In this document: positions 10,070 through 18,996 of the stretch, one piece after another | How the letters are laid out: every line of letters begins with the position of its first letter | Position numbering within the stretch: the first letter of the stretch is position 1 | From: an uncultured Christensenella sp. | Lineage (GTDB): Bacteria; Bacillota; Clostridia; Christensenellales; UBA1242 | Reading direction: 5' to 3' | Length of the DNA stretch: 64,000 nucleotides | Assembly: GCA_910586385.1 (NCBI GenBank) | Contig: CAJUGX010000001.1 | Location: 144,702-208,701 of the forward strand | Program-made: the position numbers and the translations under genes | The notes under the pieces: model-generated | Database searches by the model: none | Seen by the model: the letters and a program-made list of their open reading frames with translations, nothing else | What the model was told of the DNA's origin: nothing

Positions 10070-10131
10070 ATTGAAATATAGGACTAAGCATAGAACGCAA
10101 AACAAATAAAAATTGGAGGAACTATTAAATT

Positions 10132-10422
10132 ATGAGTATGTTAGCAGCAATTGATTTCAACCCCGTTTTAGCACCGGTGTTGGAAGTTTTGAATGCAATC
10201 CTTTGGCCAGCAATCGGACTTGTCGGATCTATCGGAATGATTTATTGTATTATTCTTGGTGTTAAAGTTGCGAAAGCAGACGAGGCTGGATCGAGAGAAA
10301 AAGCCAAGAAAGATTTGATTGGCGCAATCATTGGATTTGTTGTCATCTTCGTTTTGATATTGGCACTCAAAATCGCTATGCCTATCTTGCAAGATTGGGT
10401 AAGCACTCAAATTCAAGCATAA
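10132..10422 (+). CDS. VirB2/TrbC-like small membrane (pilin-like) protein
   Basis: 96 aa with two long hydrophobic segments separated by a charged loop. First gene of the T4SS membrane block. Confidence 0.5.
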   Translation: MSMLAAIDFNPVLAPVLEVLNAILWPAIGLVGSIGMIYCIILGVKVAKADEAGSREKAKKDLIGAIIGFVVIFVLILALKIAMPILQDWVSTQIQA

Positions 10423-10441
10423 CAAAAAAGGAAATTGAAAT

Positions 10442-10975
10442 ATGAAAAATCTATCAACAAAAACAAAGATATTGATTGGCGCAGGTATTGTGCTTGCAAT
10501 CTTCATTATCTTTCTATTCATTTTGGCAGGAAGCTCTGGAAATGACAAAGTGCCAAATGAAGATAATTTAAAACAAAACATTACAGGCATTACTTGCGAA
10601 ACTCAAACACAGGGAAATTTTGATTATGACATTTCTCTCATCACAAATGACACTCAATTTGACGATCAAATTTCAAGCAGAAAATATACAAGAATTGTCA
10701 TCAATCACACACAAGATTTAAAGAGTTATGGACTTGGCTTTACAGTCAGATCTGACGAAAGTGCCGACCTTACTTTTACACTCATGAAAAATGATGAAGT
10801 CTTAAAATCTGACACACTGTCACTTTTAAGCAGACAAGTTGCAACAGTAAATTTGAGTTTGGAAAATCCAATTGAAATTTCAGTTTCTGACAATTTCTAT
10901 ATTGAAGTCACTCTTTCAGAAGATACAACTTTTGCAGTTGACACATTCTTATTCTTTATGGACTTGGAGGCTTAA
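10442..10975 (+). CDS. N-terminally membrane-anchored hypothetical T4SS-associated protein
   Basis: Single N-terminal TM. Tightly packed in the T4SS operon. Confidence 0.55.
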   Translation: MKNLSTKTKILIGAGIVLAIFIIFLFILAGSSGNDKVPNEDNLKQNITGITCETQTQGNFDYDISLITNDTQFDDQISSRKYTRIVINHTQDLKSYGLGFTVRSDESADLTFTLMKNDEVLKSDTLSLLSRQVATVNLSLENPIEISVSDNFYIEVTLSEDTTFAVDTFLFFMDLEA

Positions 10976-10978
10976 AAT

Positions 10979-12382
10979 ATGGATTGGATGACTAACTGGA
11001 TTTTTGAACTTTTTTATAGTTTGCAAAAATCAATTTGTTATGTCATTGATTTCATACGAGAAATTTTCTATATACTTGCGGGCCTTAAACCCGTCACAAT
11101 AGGCGGAAAACAAACTGATTTACTATCCCACTTTATCCTTTCAGATACAGTCAGAACAACTTTCTTTTATATCTTTTTAATTGCAGTCATCTTGCTTGTT
11201 GTGTTTGTCCTTATTGCGATTATACGAAGCGAATATGCCAACGGAGAAAACAAAAAATCAAAAGCATTGATTTTGGGCAAAGCCTTTCAAAGTTTTGCAA
11301 TCTTTCTCATGGTGCCATTTCTTTTGGTTGCAGGAATAACGCTGACAAATGTTGTTATGGGTGCGATCAATCAAAGCATGAATCCATTTGTTTTGGAAAC
11401 TGGTGGCACTGCAACGATTGGCGGACAAATTCTTGTCACAAGCGGACAGCACGCTTATATCGGAGACGAAAGCATAAGAAATGAAATCGAAAGAATGTTC
11501 TTGACTGGTGAACTCAACTACTTTGATATGGGAGTTGTCAGTCAGTATTACAATTTGAGAAACATTGATTTTCTCATTGGAATTTTTGGCTCTATTGTGA
11601 TTATGGTGATGTTTGTTATGAGTGCTGTCACTTTCATACAAAGAATATTTGACATTGTTCTCTTGTATATCATCTCGCCCGTAAGTGTAAGCACAATCCC
11701 CGTTGACGACGGTGCAAGATTTAAAATATGGCGTGACATGACAATATCAAAAGTCTTGGGTGCTTATGGAATTATTCTGTCAATGAATTTGTTTTTCATT
11801 ATCATTCCGCAAATCTCATCAATTGTATTTTTCGACAACGCCTTTAAAAATGGAATTGTCAAAATCTTGTTCCTTATTGGTGGTGCCTTTGCAGTCACAA
11901 AAGCAAATCTTGTTATTGCACAACTCACAGGCAATCAAGCAGGACAAAACGAAACACAACAATTGTTTAGAAATATGCAGACTGGCGGACATATCATGAA
12001 AGCAACTCTTGGCGCAGGTGCTGCTGTTGGTGGTGCTATTCTTGGCGGAAAGAAATTTACAGACACGCGAAAATCGACACGTTCTTCAATGGCAGGACTT
12101 AAACGATCATTCACAGACAACCCAAGCAAACAATATATCAACAAATCTTCCGAGCCAAGCAAACTTGCAAAATATGGTGGAATGGGAACAAGAATTGCGA
12201 CCATGCCTATTGGAATGATGAAAGACTTGGCAAGTGGCGGACTTGTTGGAATGGGCAAAAACTTTATTCCAAGAGTTAGAAATATTGCACAGGGCGACAG
12301 TTTTGTCAACCATGCACAAGGTAAATCAGTTTTAAATAAGGAGCCAAATAATGCGAATAATACCGCGAAACACGAAGGTTAA
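10979..12382 (+). CDS. Polytopic membrane protein, VirB6/TrbL-like
   Basis: At least 6 hydrophobic segments. Position between the pilin-like gene and VirB4. Gly/Ala-rich C-terminal tail. Confidence 0.55.
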   Translation: MDWMTNWIFELFYSLQKSICYVIDFIREIFYILAGLKPVTIGGKQTDLLSHFILSDTVRTTFFYIFLIAVILLVVFVLIAIIRSEYANGENKKSKALILGKAFQSFAIFLMVPFLLVAGITLTNVVMGAINQSMNPFVLETGGTATIGGQILVTSGQHAYIGDESIRNEIERMFLTGELNYFDMGVVSQYYNLRNIDFLIGIFGSIVIMVMFVMSAVTFIQRIFDIVLLYIISPVSVSTIPVDDGARFKIWRDMTISKVLGAYGIILSMNLFFIIIPQISSIVFFDNAFKNGIVKILFLIGGAFAVTKANLVIAQLTGNQAGQNETQQLFRNMQTGGHIMKATLGAGAAVGGAILGGKKFTDTRKSTRSSMAGLKRSFTDNPSKQYINKSSEPSKLAKYGGMGTRIATMPIGMMKDLASGGLVGMGKNFIPRVRNIAQGDSFVNHAQGKSVLNKEPNNANNTAKHEG

Positions 12383-14972
12383 AATGCAGTTTTATAAAGG
12401 CATTGGAATCACTGACATCATACTTGGTGTTATTGCCCTTGCCTTTATAGCTTTGGCTGCTACAAGCAACCTACCAAACAAATATTTTCTTGCAATAGGA
12501 ATTTTGGTGATCGTGGCGCCAATGTATATCCCTATTGGAGACATCAAACTTTATCAAGCACTTGGCTATGCTTTCAAGTTTGGAATTGCACAAAAGACTT
12601 TCAGCATAAAAAGAAAAGGAAATTCTCACATCAGCGCAATTGTGCCTTATGCAAGTATTAAAGATGATTTGATTTATCAAAAGGACAATGGCATTACTGG
12701 TGTTATTGAAGTGAAACCTATCGAGTTTAATATGTTGAGCGAAAGCAAACAAAATTATTTGATTGACGGAGTTATCTCAAACACATTAAAGAATGTTGGA
12801 CTTATGCAAGAATACAACTTAATCAAAATTGAAAAGCCAATCATCTTTGACGGATATTTAAGAAATGAGCTTACTCGCGTTCAAAAATTGATTGCGGAAA
12901 ATGAGAACAACAATCTTAAAGAAGAAGAATTTAGAAAACGCGTTGAAATCATTGAGGATCGAATAAATGTCATTGACAGCATAAACTCTGACGAAAAGAT
13001 TTACGCAAGTGCTTATTATATTGCAATCCACGATATTGACAAGAAAAGCTTAAACAACTCACTTGAAATCATTGAACAAACTTTAAGAAACAGCAATCTT
13101 GAAGCGAAAAGATTAAACAGCAAAGAACTTGCAATCTTTTTGAAATATTCTTATGACAAAGACTTTGACGAAAGGGATTTTGATAATATCGCAGAAAAGG
13201 ACTATATCAAAAACATCTATCCAGAGAATATTGCGTTTAAAGCACTCTCAACAAAACAGAATGATAAAACCCTAACCCACTTTGTTATCACAGACTTCCC
13301 TTTGAAAGTTGACAACGCTTGGGGACAAGATTTGTTTGACATTCCAAACACAAAAGTTGTCTTGAAAGCAAAACCTGTTGAAAAATATAAAGCCACAAAA
13401 CGAATTGACAATGCAATCAATGAACTCTTATCACAAAAGACACTTGGAAAGGCAAGCTCACAGATTGACAAGCAAACACATCTTGAAAGCCTACAAATCC
13501 TTTTGGAAGGCTTGCAAAATGACAATGAAGTGTTCTTTGACACAACTCTTATCATAACCGCCTATGATGACGGAAAAGATACAACAAACAAGAAATTTGT
13601 GCGAAGAAAACTGCGTGAACTTGGCTTCAAATATAGCGAGATGTTTGGCAGACAAATTGAAAGTTATTTTTCAAGCAACATCAACACTTGCAATAGGACC
13701 AACATCTCACGAGGATTGAACTCATCTGTTATTGCTTCATCTTTTCCATTTGTAAGCAACGCTATTCTTGATGAGAATGGCCTTTTGATTGGCGAAAACA
13801 AATTGCCAACCTTTGTTGACTTTTTCAGACGAGATGACGAAAGAGTAAACTCAAACACTGTCATCATTGGAAAATCTGGAAGTGGAAAATCTTACGCTAC
13901 AAAAATGCTATTGGCAAACTTGGCAAGCGACAACGCAAAAGTGTTTATCTTGGATCCAGAAAACGAATATTGCAATCTTGCAAATAATCTCAAAGGCAAA
14001 GTGTTAGATGTTTCATCTTCAAAGAATGGAAGAATAAATCCTTTCCACATCATTGTCAGTCTGGACGACGAAAACCAAGACGGAAGCAGCAACTCTTTCT
14101 ATTCTCACTTGCAATTCTTGGAAGAATTTTTCAGACTTATCTTACAGGGAATAAATCCCGACAGTTTGGAGCTTTTAAACAAAATCATTGTTGAAATCTA
14201 CAACAAAAAAGGAATCACAGCAAAAACAAACTTGTCGGAATTAAGACCAAAAGATTATCCAATCTTTCAAGACTTAGCAGAAGAAATTGACAAAAGGATT
14301 GAAAACGAAAAAGACGAATACAACCTATCTTGCTATAAAGTGCTTTCAAACTATATAAGCAAGTTTAGACGTGGCGGAAGAAACTCTGCGCTTTGGAACG
14401 GATTTACAACTTTCAATCCAACTGAAAACTTTGTTTGTTTCAACTTTCAAAAGTTGTTGGCAAACAAAAACAATGTGATTGGAAATGCACAAATGTTGCT
14501 TGTTTTGAAATGGCTTGACAATGAAGTCATTAAAAATAGGGACTACAACATACTCAACGGAACGGACCGAAAAATTGTTATTGCAATTGATGAGGCCCAT
14601 GTGTTTATTGACGAGAAATTTCCTATTGCGCTTGACTTTATGTATCAACTTGCAAAACGAATAAGAAAATACAACGGAATGCAAATTGTCATCACACAAA
14701 ACGTCAAAGACTTTGTTGGCAGTCCAGAACTTGCAAGAAAATCATCTGCAATTATCAATGTAAGCCAATATTCATTTATCTTTTCACTTTCGCCAAATGA
14801 TATGTCTGACCTTTGCACTCTTTATGAGAAAGCAGGACAAATCAACGAAAATGAAACGGACAATATTGTCAACTTGCCGCGCGGAAGTGCCTTTTTAATT
14901 ACAGGACCAGCAAATAGAACAAATATAAGAATTGTGGCTACACCACAAGTAAAACAAATTTTTGAAAATTAG
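12351..14972 (+). CDS. virB4: VirB4-family T4SS ATPase with VirB3-like N-terminal TM region
   Basis: Walker A VIIGKSGSGKSYATK, Walker B VIAIDEAHVF. N-terminal two-TM segment. SD AAGGAG. Confidence 0.85.
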   Translation: MRIIPRNTKVKMQFYKGIGITDIILGVIALAFIALAATSNLPNKYFLAIGILVIVAPMYIPIGDIKLYQALGYAFKFGIAQKTFSIKRKGNSHISAIVPYASIKDDLIYQKDNGITGVIEVKPIEFNMLSESKQNYLIDGVISNTLKNVGLMQEYNLIKIEKPIIFDGYLRNELTRVQKLIAENENNNLKEEEFRKRVEIIEDRINVIDSINSDEKIYASAYYIAIHDIDKKSLNNSLEIIEQTLRNSNLEAKRLNSKELAIFLKYSYDKDFDERDFDNIAEKDYIKNIYPENIAFKALSTKQNDKTLTHFVITDFPLKVDNAWGQDLFDIPNTKVVLKAKPVEKYKATKRIDNAINELLSQKTLGKASSQIDKQTHLESLQILLEGLQNDNEVFFDTTLIITAYDDGKDTTNKKFVRRKLRELGFKYSEMFGRQIESYFSSNINTCNRTNISRGLNSSVIASSFPFVSNAILDENGLLIGENKLPTFVDFFRRDDERVNSNTVIIGKSGSGKSYATKMLLANLASDNAKVFILDPENEYCNLANNLKGKVLDVSSSKNGRINPFHIIVSLDDENQDGSSNSFYSHLQFLEEFFRLILQGINPDSLELLNKIIVEIYNKKGITAKTNLSELRPKDYPIFQDLAEEIDKRIENEKDEYNLSCYKVLSNYISKFRRGGRNSALWNGFTTFNPTENFVCFNFQKLLANKNNVIGNAQMLLVLKWLDNEVIKNRDYNILNGTDRKIVIAIDEAHVFIDEKFPIALDFMYQLAKRIRKYNGMQIVITQNVKDFVGSPELARKSSAIINVSQYSFIFSLSPNDMSDLCTLYEKAGQINENETDNIVNLPRGSAFLITGPANRTNIRIVATPQVKQIFEN

Positions 14973-14982
14973 GAGTTAAAAA

Positions 14983-15915
14983 ATGGAAGATAAAAAATTC
15001 ATGACGCTTGAAGATTTGACCGCACTCTCACAAGAGAAATATATGGAAATCTTGAAGCAAAACCAAATCAAATCACTTTTGAGAGCAATTGGATTGTTTC
15101 CAGATCAAACAATCACAAATGATGTTCTTATCCTTTCACAAAATCCAGACGCTATTTGCGTGAAACGTATGAAAGAATGGAATTTCTATAAAAGAGTTGT
15201 AAAGAAAGCTGAAAAAGCAATCAAAGTTGTTTCTCATCACATTGAAAACTTTAATCAAGACTTCGTTGACGAAAAAGGCAACGAATATTCACAAGAAATG
15301 CCAAAACTGATTTGTGATGTTGGCTTTGTGTTTGACATCTCTCAAACAGAAGGCAAAGATTTTGAATATCTCAATTCAAACAAAGAAACAATCGCGTCTC
15401 ATTTTGAAACCGTTAAAAAGGCTTTGGAAAGCACTGCAAAAGAGTTTACTTTTGAATATAGAAATCAAGACAGCAACAGCGAAGTTGATTGGGAAAATAA
15501 AGTTGTCTATGTAAAAGACGGACTTTCTGTCAATGAACTCATTGAAGATGTTGCTGCTATTCTTTTGACTACCCGCCATGAAGAAGGACTTGAAAATATT
15601 GGCGAGTTTGAAAGAAATGCTGTTATCTATGCTGTCAGCTCAAAACTTGGACTTGACTTGCCAGAATATGATTTCTCAGTTGAAAGTCTCAATGACGAAG
15701 GCTTGAACAAACTTAAAGGCAATCTTCAAAAAGTGCGTTCTGTCACAAAGCAAATGCTTTCAAATGTTGAAAATTCAATTGAACGCGCAATCCGCAATCT
15801 TGACAAAAAAATGCAAGAGCAAGAAGAAAAGTTGGAACAAACAACAGAACAAGAAACACCTAAAAAGTCGAAAGCAAAAACAAAATCAAAAGACATTGAA
15901 AGAGAGGTGCAATAA
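14983..15915 (+). CDS. ArdC-like (ssDNA-binding, anti-restriction) protein; tentative
   Basis: Weak remembered resemblance to the ArdC N-domain (KRMKEWNFYKRVVKKAEKAIKVV ... FVFDISQTEG). Lys/Glu-rich tail. Confidence 0.35.
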   Translation: MEDKKFMTLEDLTALSQEKYMEILKQNQIKSLLRAIGLFPDQTITNDVLILSQNPDAICVKRMKEWNFYKRVVKKAEKAIKVVSHHIENFNQDFVDEKGNEYSQEMPKLICDVGFVFDISQTEGKDFEYLNSNKETIASHFETVKKALESTAKEFTFEYRNQDSNSEVDWENKVVYVKDGLSVNELIEDVAAILLTTRHEEGLENIGEFERNAVIYAVSSKLGLDLPEYDFSVESLNDEGLNKLKGNLQKVRSVTKQMLSNVENSIERAIRNLDKKMQEQEEKLEQTTEQETPKKSKAKTKSKDIEREVQ

Positions 15916-16181
15916 TGCTGAACATTGGTGGAGAACTTGCATTTGTGTTGCAAGACATTGACTACAATTCAAAGAAAGATCTTTTGGACAGGCTTCGCCA
16001 TATCCGAGAGGATCTTCGTGATTATCCAAAAGAAGAAAAGGACAACCTACGCCCTATCTTAGCTGTTTCTATTCAGCAAGCTTTCTATGCAAGTGAATGG
16101 GAACTCATGCGATACAAGAATTTCTGCAAATACAGGAGTGAACATGGATACGATAAAGCTGTTGGTGAAAGAGCCAAATAA
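15915..16181 (+). CDS. Hypothetical protein
   Basis: ATG preceded by GAGGTGCAATA. 88 aa. Confidence 0.5.
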   Translation: MLNIGGELAFVLQDIDYNSKKDLLDRLRHIREDLRDYPKEEKDNLRPILAVSIQQAFYASEWELMRYKNFCKYRSEHGYDKAVGERAK

Positions 16182-16566
16182 AGAGCCCTATATTAAGGAA
16201 GTTGAACACACACTTGAAAATATGCAAGCCATTGTTGGTGGATATATCGAATGTGTTGAAATGCCCGGAGCTGAAAACATTGACATTTATCTCAACGAAG
16301 AAGGCAAACTTGAACGATTGCCCGGCAATATATGGATTGCGGGAATTGATGATTGCATTGTTGGCACTTGTTATATGGTTGGCTATGATCCTAAAACCGG
16401 TGCAAATATCAGCTTGACAGAGAAACAAATTAAAACTTGTGAAAAGTATTGCAATACCTTTTCTTTGCCAGAAGATAGTGATTTATATATGGATTATTTT
16501 TGGCTTAAAGAAATTATGAAACTTAGAAGCGAGAATTATCTTAAAAAATCAATATCTGAAATGTAA
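16144..16566 (+). CDS. DUF3846-like protein
   Basis: ORF track 16087..16566. The ATG at 16144 lies 5 nt after AGGAG. Pattern LQ..VGGYIE.V......D.Y.NEEGKL..LP.N is typical of DUF3846 as remembered. Confidence 0.5.
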   Translation: MDTIKLLVKEPNKEPYIKEVEHTLENMQAIVGGYIECVEMPGAENIDIYLNEEGKLERLPGNIWIAGIDDCIVGTCYMVGYDPKTGANISLTEKQIKTCEKYCNTFSLPEDSDLYMDYFWLKEIMKLRSENYLKKSISEM

Positions 16567-16580
16567 ATAAGGAGACGCCT

Positions 16581-16832
16581 ATGACATTTGAAGAAAAACT
16601 AACAGTCACAGCTTTTACAAAGATTCTTATGGTGGACATGAACGATTTTCATGAATATGCTGAAAAACTTTTGGAAAGACCGATCATGACACATGAATTT
16701 GCGCTTGAAAGTGTGTGGAAAGAAATACAAGACAAAGTTAGACCAGACTTTGTTGCACTTTGCGAGAAACACCCCCATACAAAAACACGCAAAAATGTAA
16801 AATGCAAGAGAAATTATCATGGCGAGATGTAA
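16581..16832 (+). CDS. Hypothetical protein
   Basis: SD AAGGAG. 83 aa. Ends in EM. Confidence 0.55.
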   Translation: MTFEEKLTVTAFTKILMVDMNDFHEYAEKLLERPIMTHEFALESVWKEIQDKVRPDFVALCEKHPHTKTRKNVKCKRNYHGEM

Positions 16833-16841
16833 AGGAGCCCT

Positions 16842-17978
16842 ATGGAAGAAAATAAAATAAGCAAAGCAAAAGGCCTTTCAATTACAATGATTATTCTTGC
16901 AATTGTGGTGGGCTTTGGATTTCTCATTGGACTGGCACAAGCTGCCGACAGAGACAAACTTTTTCAAGAAACAAATCCAGAAATGGAATTTTACTTCTTT
17001 GATGAAAATGGCAGATTCCTAACCTATTGGGATAACTATGAAAATTACAATGTTGAGGTTAATATCCCAAAAACATATTCTTTGACATCAAAAAAAGTTG
17101 CAATGCACAGAGAAGCAACATCACAGAGCGACCTAACATCTTACGCTAAAAAACTTGGCATAGAAGATTACACGATAACTGACATTTCTGGCTATGTGCA
17201 AAATGGAAATTCTCAATATTATCGAACAAGATACAGAATTGATTTTGAATGGCGAAAAACAATCACAGGAACTCAATACACCACAACAATCATTGGGCGA
17301 GATTTGTTTAGGAACACTTCGCGCTATCGTTCTTTTAATATCCCAAATACAGTTAAGACAGTTGAATGGTCCGCATTTTGTGGAACACATGGGCACACAG
17401 AAATAGTTTTTCCAGAAGGCGTTGAAAGTCTTGAAGGCGGAGTTTGCTTTGGCAATTCAAACCTAAAAACAATCTCTCTGCCAAGCACTTTAAAATATAT
17501 CGGAAGTCAAGCTTTTGAACAATGTCACAAAGTTGTCGAGCTTGTTTTGCCGGACAGCGTTGAAACAATCTCTTGGAGTAGTTTTAATAGAATGACAAAA
17601 CTTGAAACTCTAACCCTTTCAGCAAATTTGCAAACAATTGCCAGCTATTCAATTTCATGGTGTTATAAACTTAAAACAGTAAATTTCAAAGAAGGAAACC
17701 GCACTATTGGTGAGAAAGCATTTGAAGATTGCACTGCTTTGGAAGAAGTCAATTTGCCAAGCACTTTGACAACAATTAAATCAAAAGCATTTGACGGTTG
17801 CACGAGCCTAAATAAAGTGATTTTAAATGCTGCTTCTGTTGTAAAGATTGATAATGACGCTTTCCCAGAAAATGTTGAAAAGTTTTATGTGAAAGACGAG
17901 ATTTATGAAGAATATTTGAACAGCGCTTATTGGACTGGATTGACAGACAAAATAGCAAAAATTTCTGAAATGAATTGA
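16842..17978 (+). CDS. Membrane-anchored BspA-type leucine-rich-repeat protein
   Basis: N-terminal TM. Repeated IP.TV..I...AF..C..L..V.LP units. Confidence 0.7.
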   Translation: MEENKISKAKGLSITMIILAIVVGFGFLIGLAQAADRDKLFQETNPEMEFYFFDENGRFLTYWDNYENYNVEVNIPKTYSLTSKKVAMHREATSQSDLTSYAKKLGIEDYTITDISGYVQNGNSQYYRTRYRIDFEWRKTITGTQYTTTIIGRDLFRNTSRYRSFNIPNTVKTVEWSAFCGTHGHTEIVFPEGVESLEGGVCFGNSNLKTISLPSTLKYIGSQAFEQCHKVVELVLPDSVETISWSSFNRMTKLETLTLSANLQTIASYSISWCYKLKTVNFKEGNRTIGEKAFEDCTALEEVNLPSTLTTIKSKAFDGCTSLNKVILNAASVVKIDNDAFPENVEKFYVKDEIYEEYLNSAYWTGLTDKIAKISEMN

Positions 17979-17987
17979 GGTGCAATA

Positions 17988-18299
17988 ATGACAGAAAAAC
18001 AATACGATAAATTTAGAAACACTATTGATAAAGAGATCGAAGAATATAAACGCGAAGTTTGCAACAATGCCCCTATCCATGTTTATGAAAGATTTTATGA
18101 AATTCATGCTTACGAAGAAATTTATGATTTTCTTTGTCATGACGCTATAAATCATGACATTAAGGGCTTCCCTGCAAAAAATATTTTAGATCACTTTTAT
18201 TGTCAATTTATGAAAACAGACTATGACTTAACGCAAGAAGATTTATATGATTTTTTGGAAGAAGAAACAAAGCTCTATAAATCTCAAAGCGAATTGTGA
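17988..18299 (+). CDS. Hypothetical protein (paralog of 18665..18994)
   Basis: SD GAGGTG. Shares the EI(E/D)(E/D)(Y/F)(K/E)RE...FP.(K/E)N(I/V)L...DL.D(F/M) pattern with 18665..18994. Confidence 0.55.
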   Translation: MTEKQYDKFRNTIDKEIEEYKREVCNNAPIHVYERFYEIHAYEEIYDFLCHDAINHDIKGFPAKNILDHFYCQFMKTDYDLTQEDLYDFLEEETKLYKSQSEL

Positions 18300-18306
18300 G
18301 GAACTT

Positions 18307-18663
18307 ATGAAACAAAAATATTTGATTAGAGGTGAACTCTATGATCCAATCCTATTTGGTGATGAAGATTCCGATTGGGTTGGAGACGGTGAAGATCCAA
18401 CTTGTGGCGACTGCGGTTGTCATGTTGGTGAACAACATTTGGACGGTTGTGATATTGAACGCTGCCCAAGATGTGGCGGACAAATGCTGTCTTGTGATTG
18501 CGGAACAAAATATATCATCAACGAAGAAGATATGAAAGATTTGCCACAAATCATTGAAGAACAAAAGATTGTCAACGAAGGACTTGAAAGAGAAATACAA
18601 GCAATCATTGAAGCTCATGAAAAGAAAAAACAAGAACAGAAAGATGATAATTCGGAGATGTGA
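18307..18663 (+). CDS. Cys-rich putative zinc-binding protein
   Basis: ORF track 18247..18663. ATG at 18307 follows GAGGAA. CGDCGCH...C..ERCPRCGG...CDC. Confidence 0.55.
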   Translation: MKQKYLIRGELYDPILFGDEDSDWVGDGEDPTCGDCGCHVGEQHLDGCDIERCPRCGGQMLSCDCGTKYIINEEDMKDLPQIIEEQKIVNEGLEREIQAIIEAHEKKKQEQKDDNSEM

Positions 18664-18664
18664 A

Positions 18665-18994
18665 ATGACTGAAAAAGAAGATTTTAAATTGACGTCTTTG
18701 ATTTTAAGAGAAATTGACGATTTTGAGAGAGAAATGCTTGGTAAAGACAGCGAATATCTTTTTGAAAATGCAAGAGAAATTTATGCAACAAAATTTATCG
18801 GTGATTGTCTGGTTGATTATAACTTTCTAAAAGATAAGGACTATAACCTTTTCCCAAAAGAAAATGTATTGCGTTCTATCACAGAATTATATTTGAGATT
18901 TCATGACGAGATTTCAGAAAGTGATTTGTCAGATATGTTTACAGAATACGAAACTCAATTGAAGAAGATTGCAAATTGTGGAAGTGAGATGTAA
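18665..18994 (+). CDS. Hypothetical protein (paralog of 17988..18299)
   Basis: ORF track 18554..18994. The ATG at 18665 lies directly after the upstream stop (GGAGATGTGAAATG). Confidence 0.55.
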   Translation: MTEKEDFKLTSLILREIDDFEREMLGKDSEYLFENAREIYATKFIGDCLVDYNFLKDKDYNLFPKENVLRSITELYLRFHDEISESDLSDMFTEYETQLKKIANCGSEM

Positions 18995-18996
18995 AC

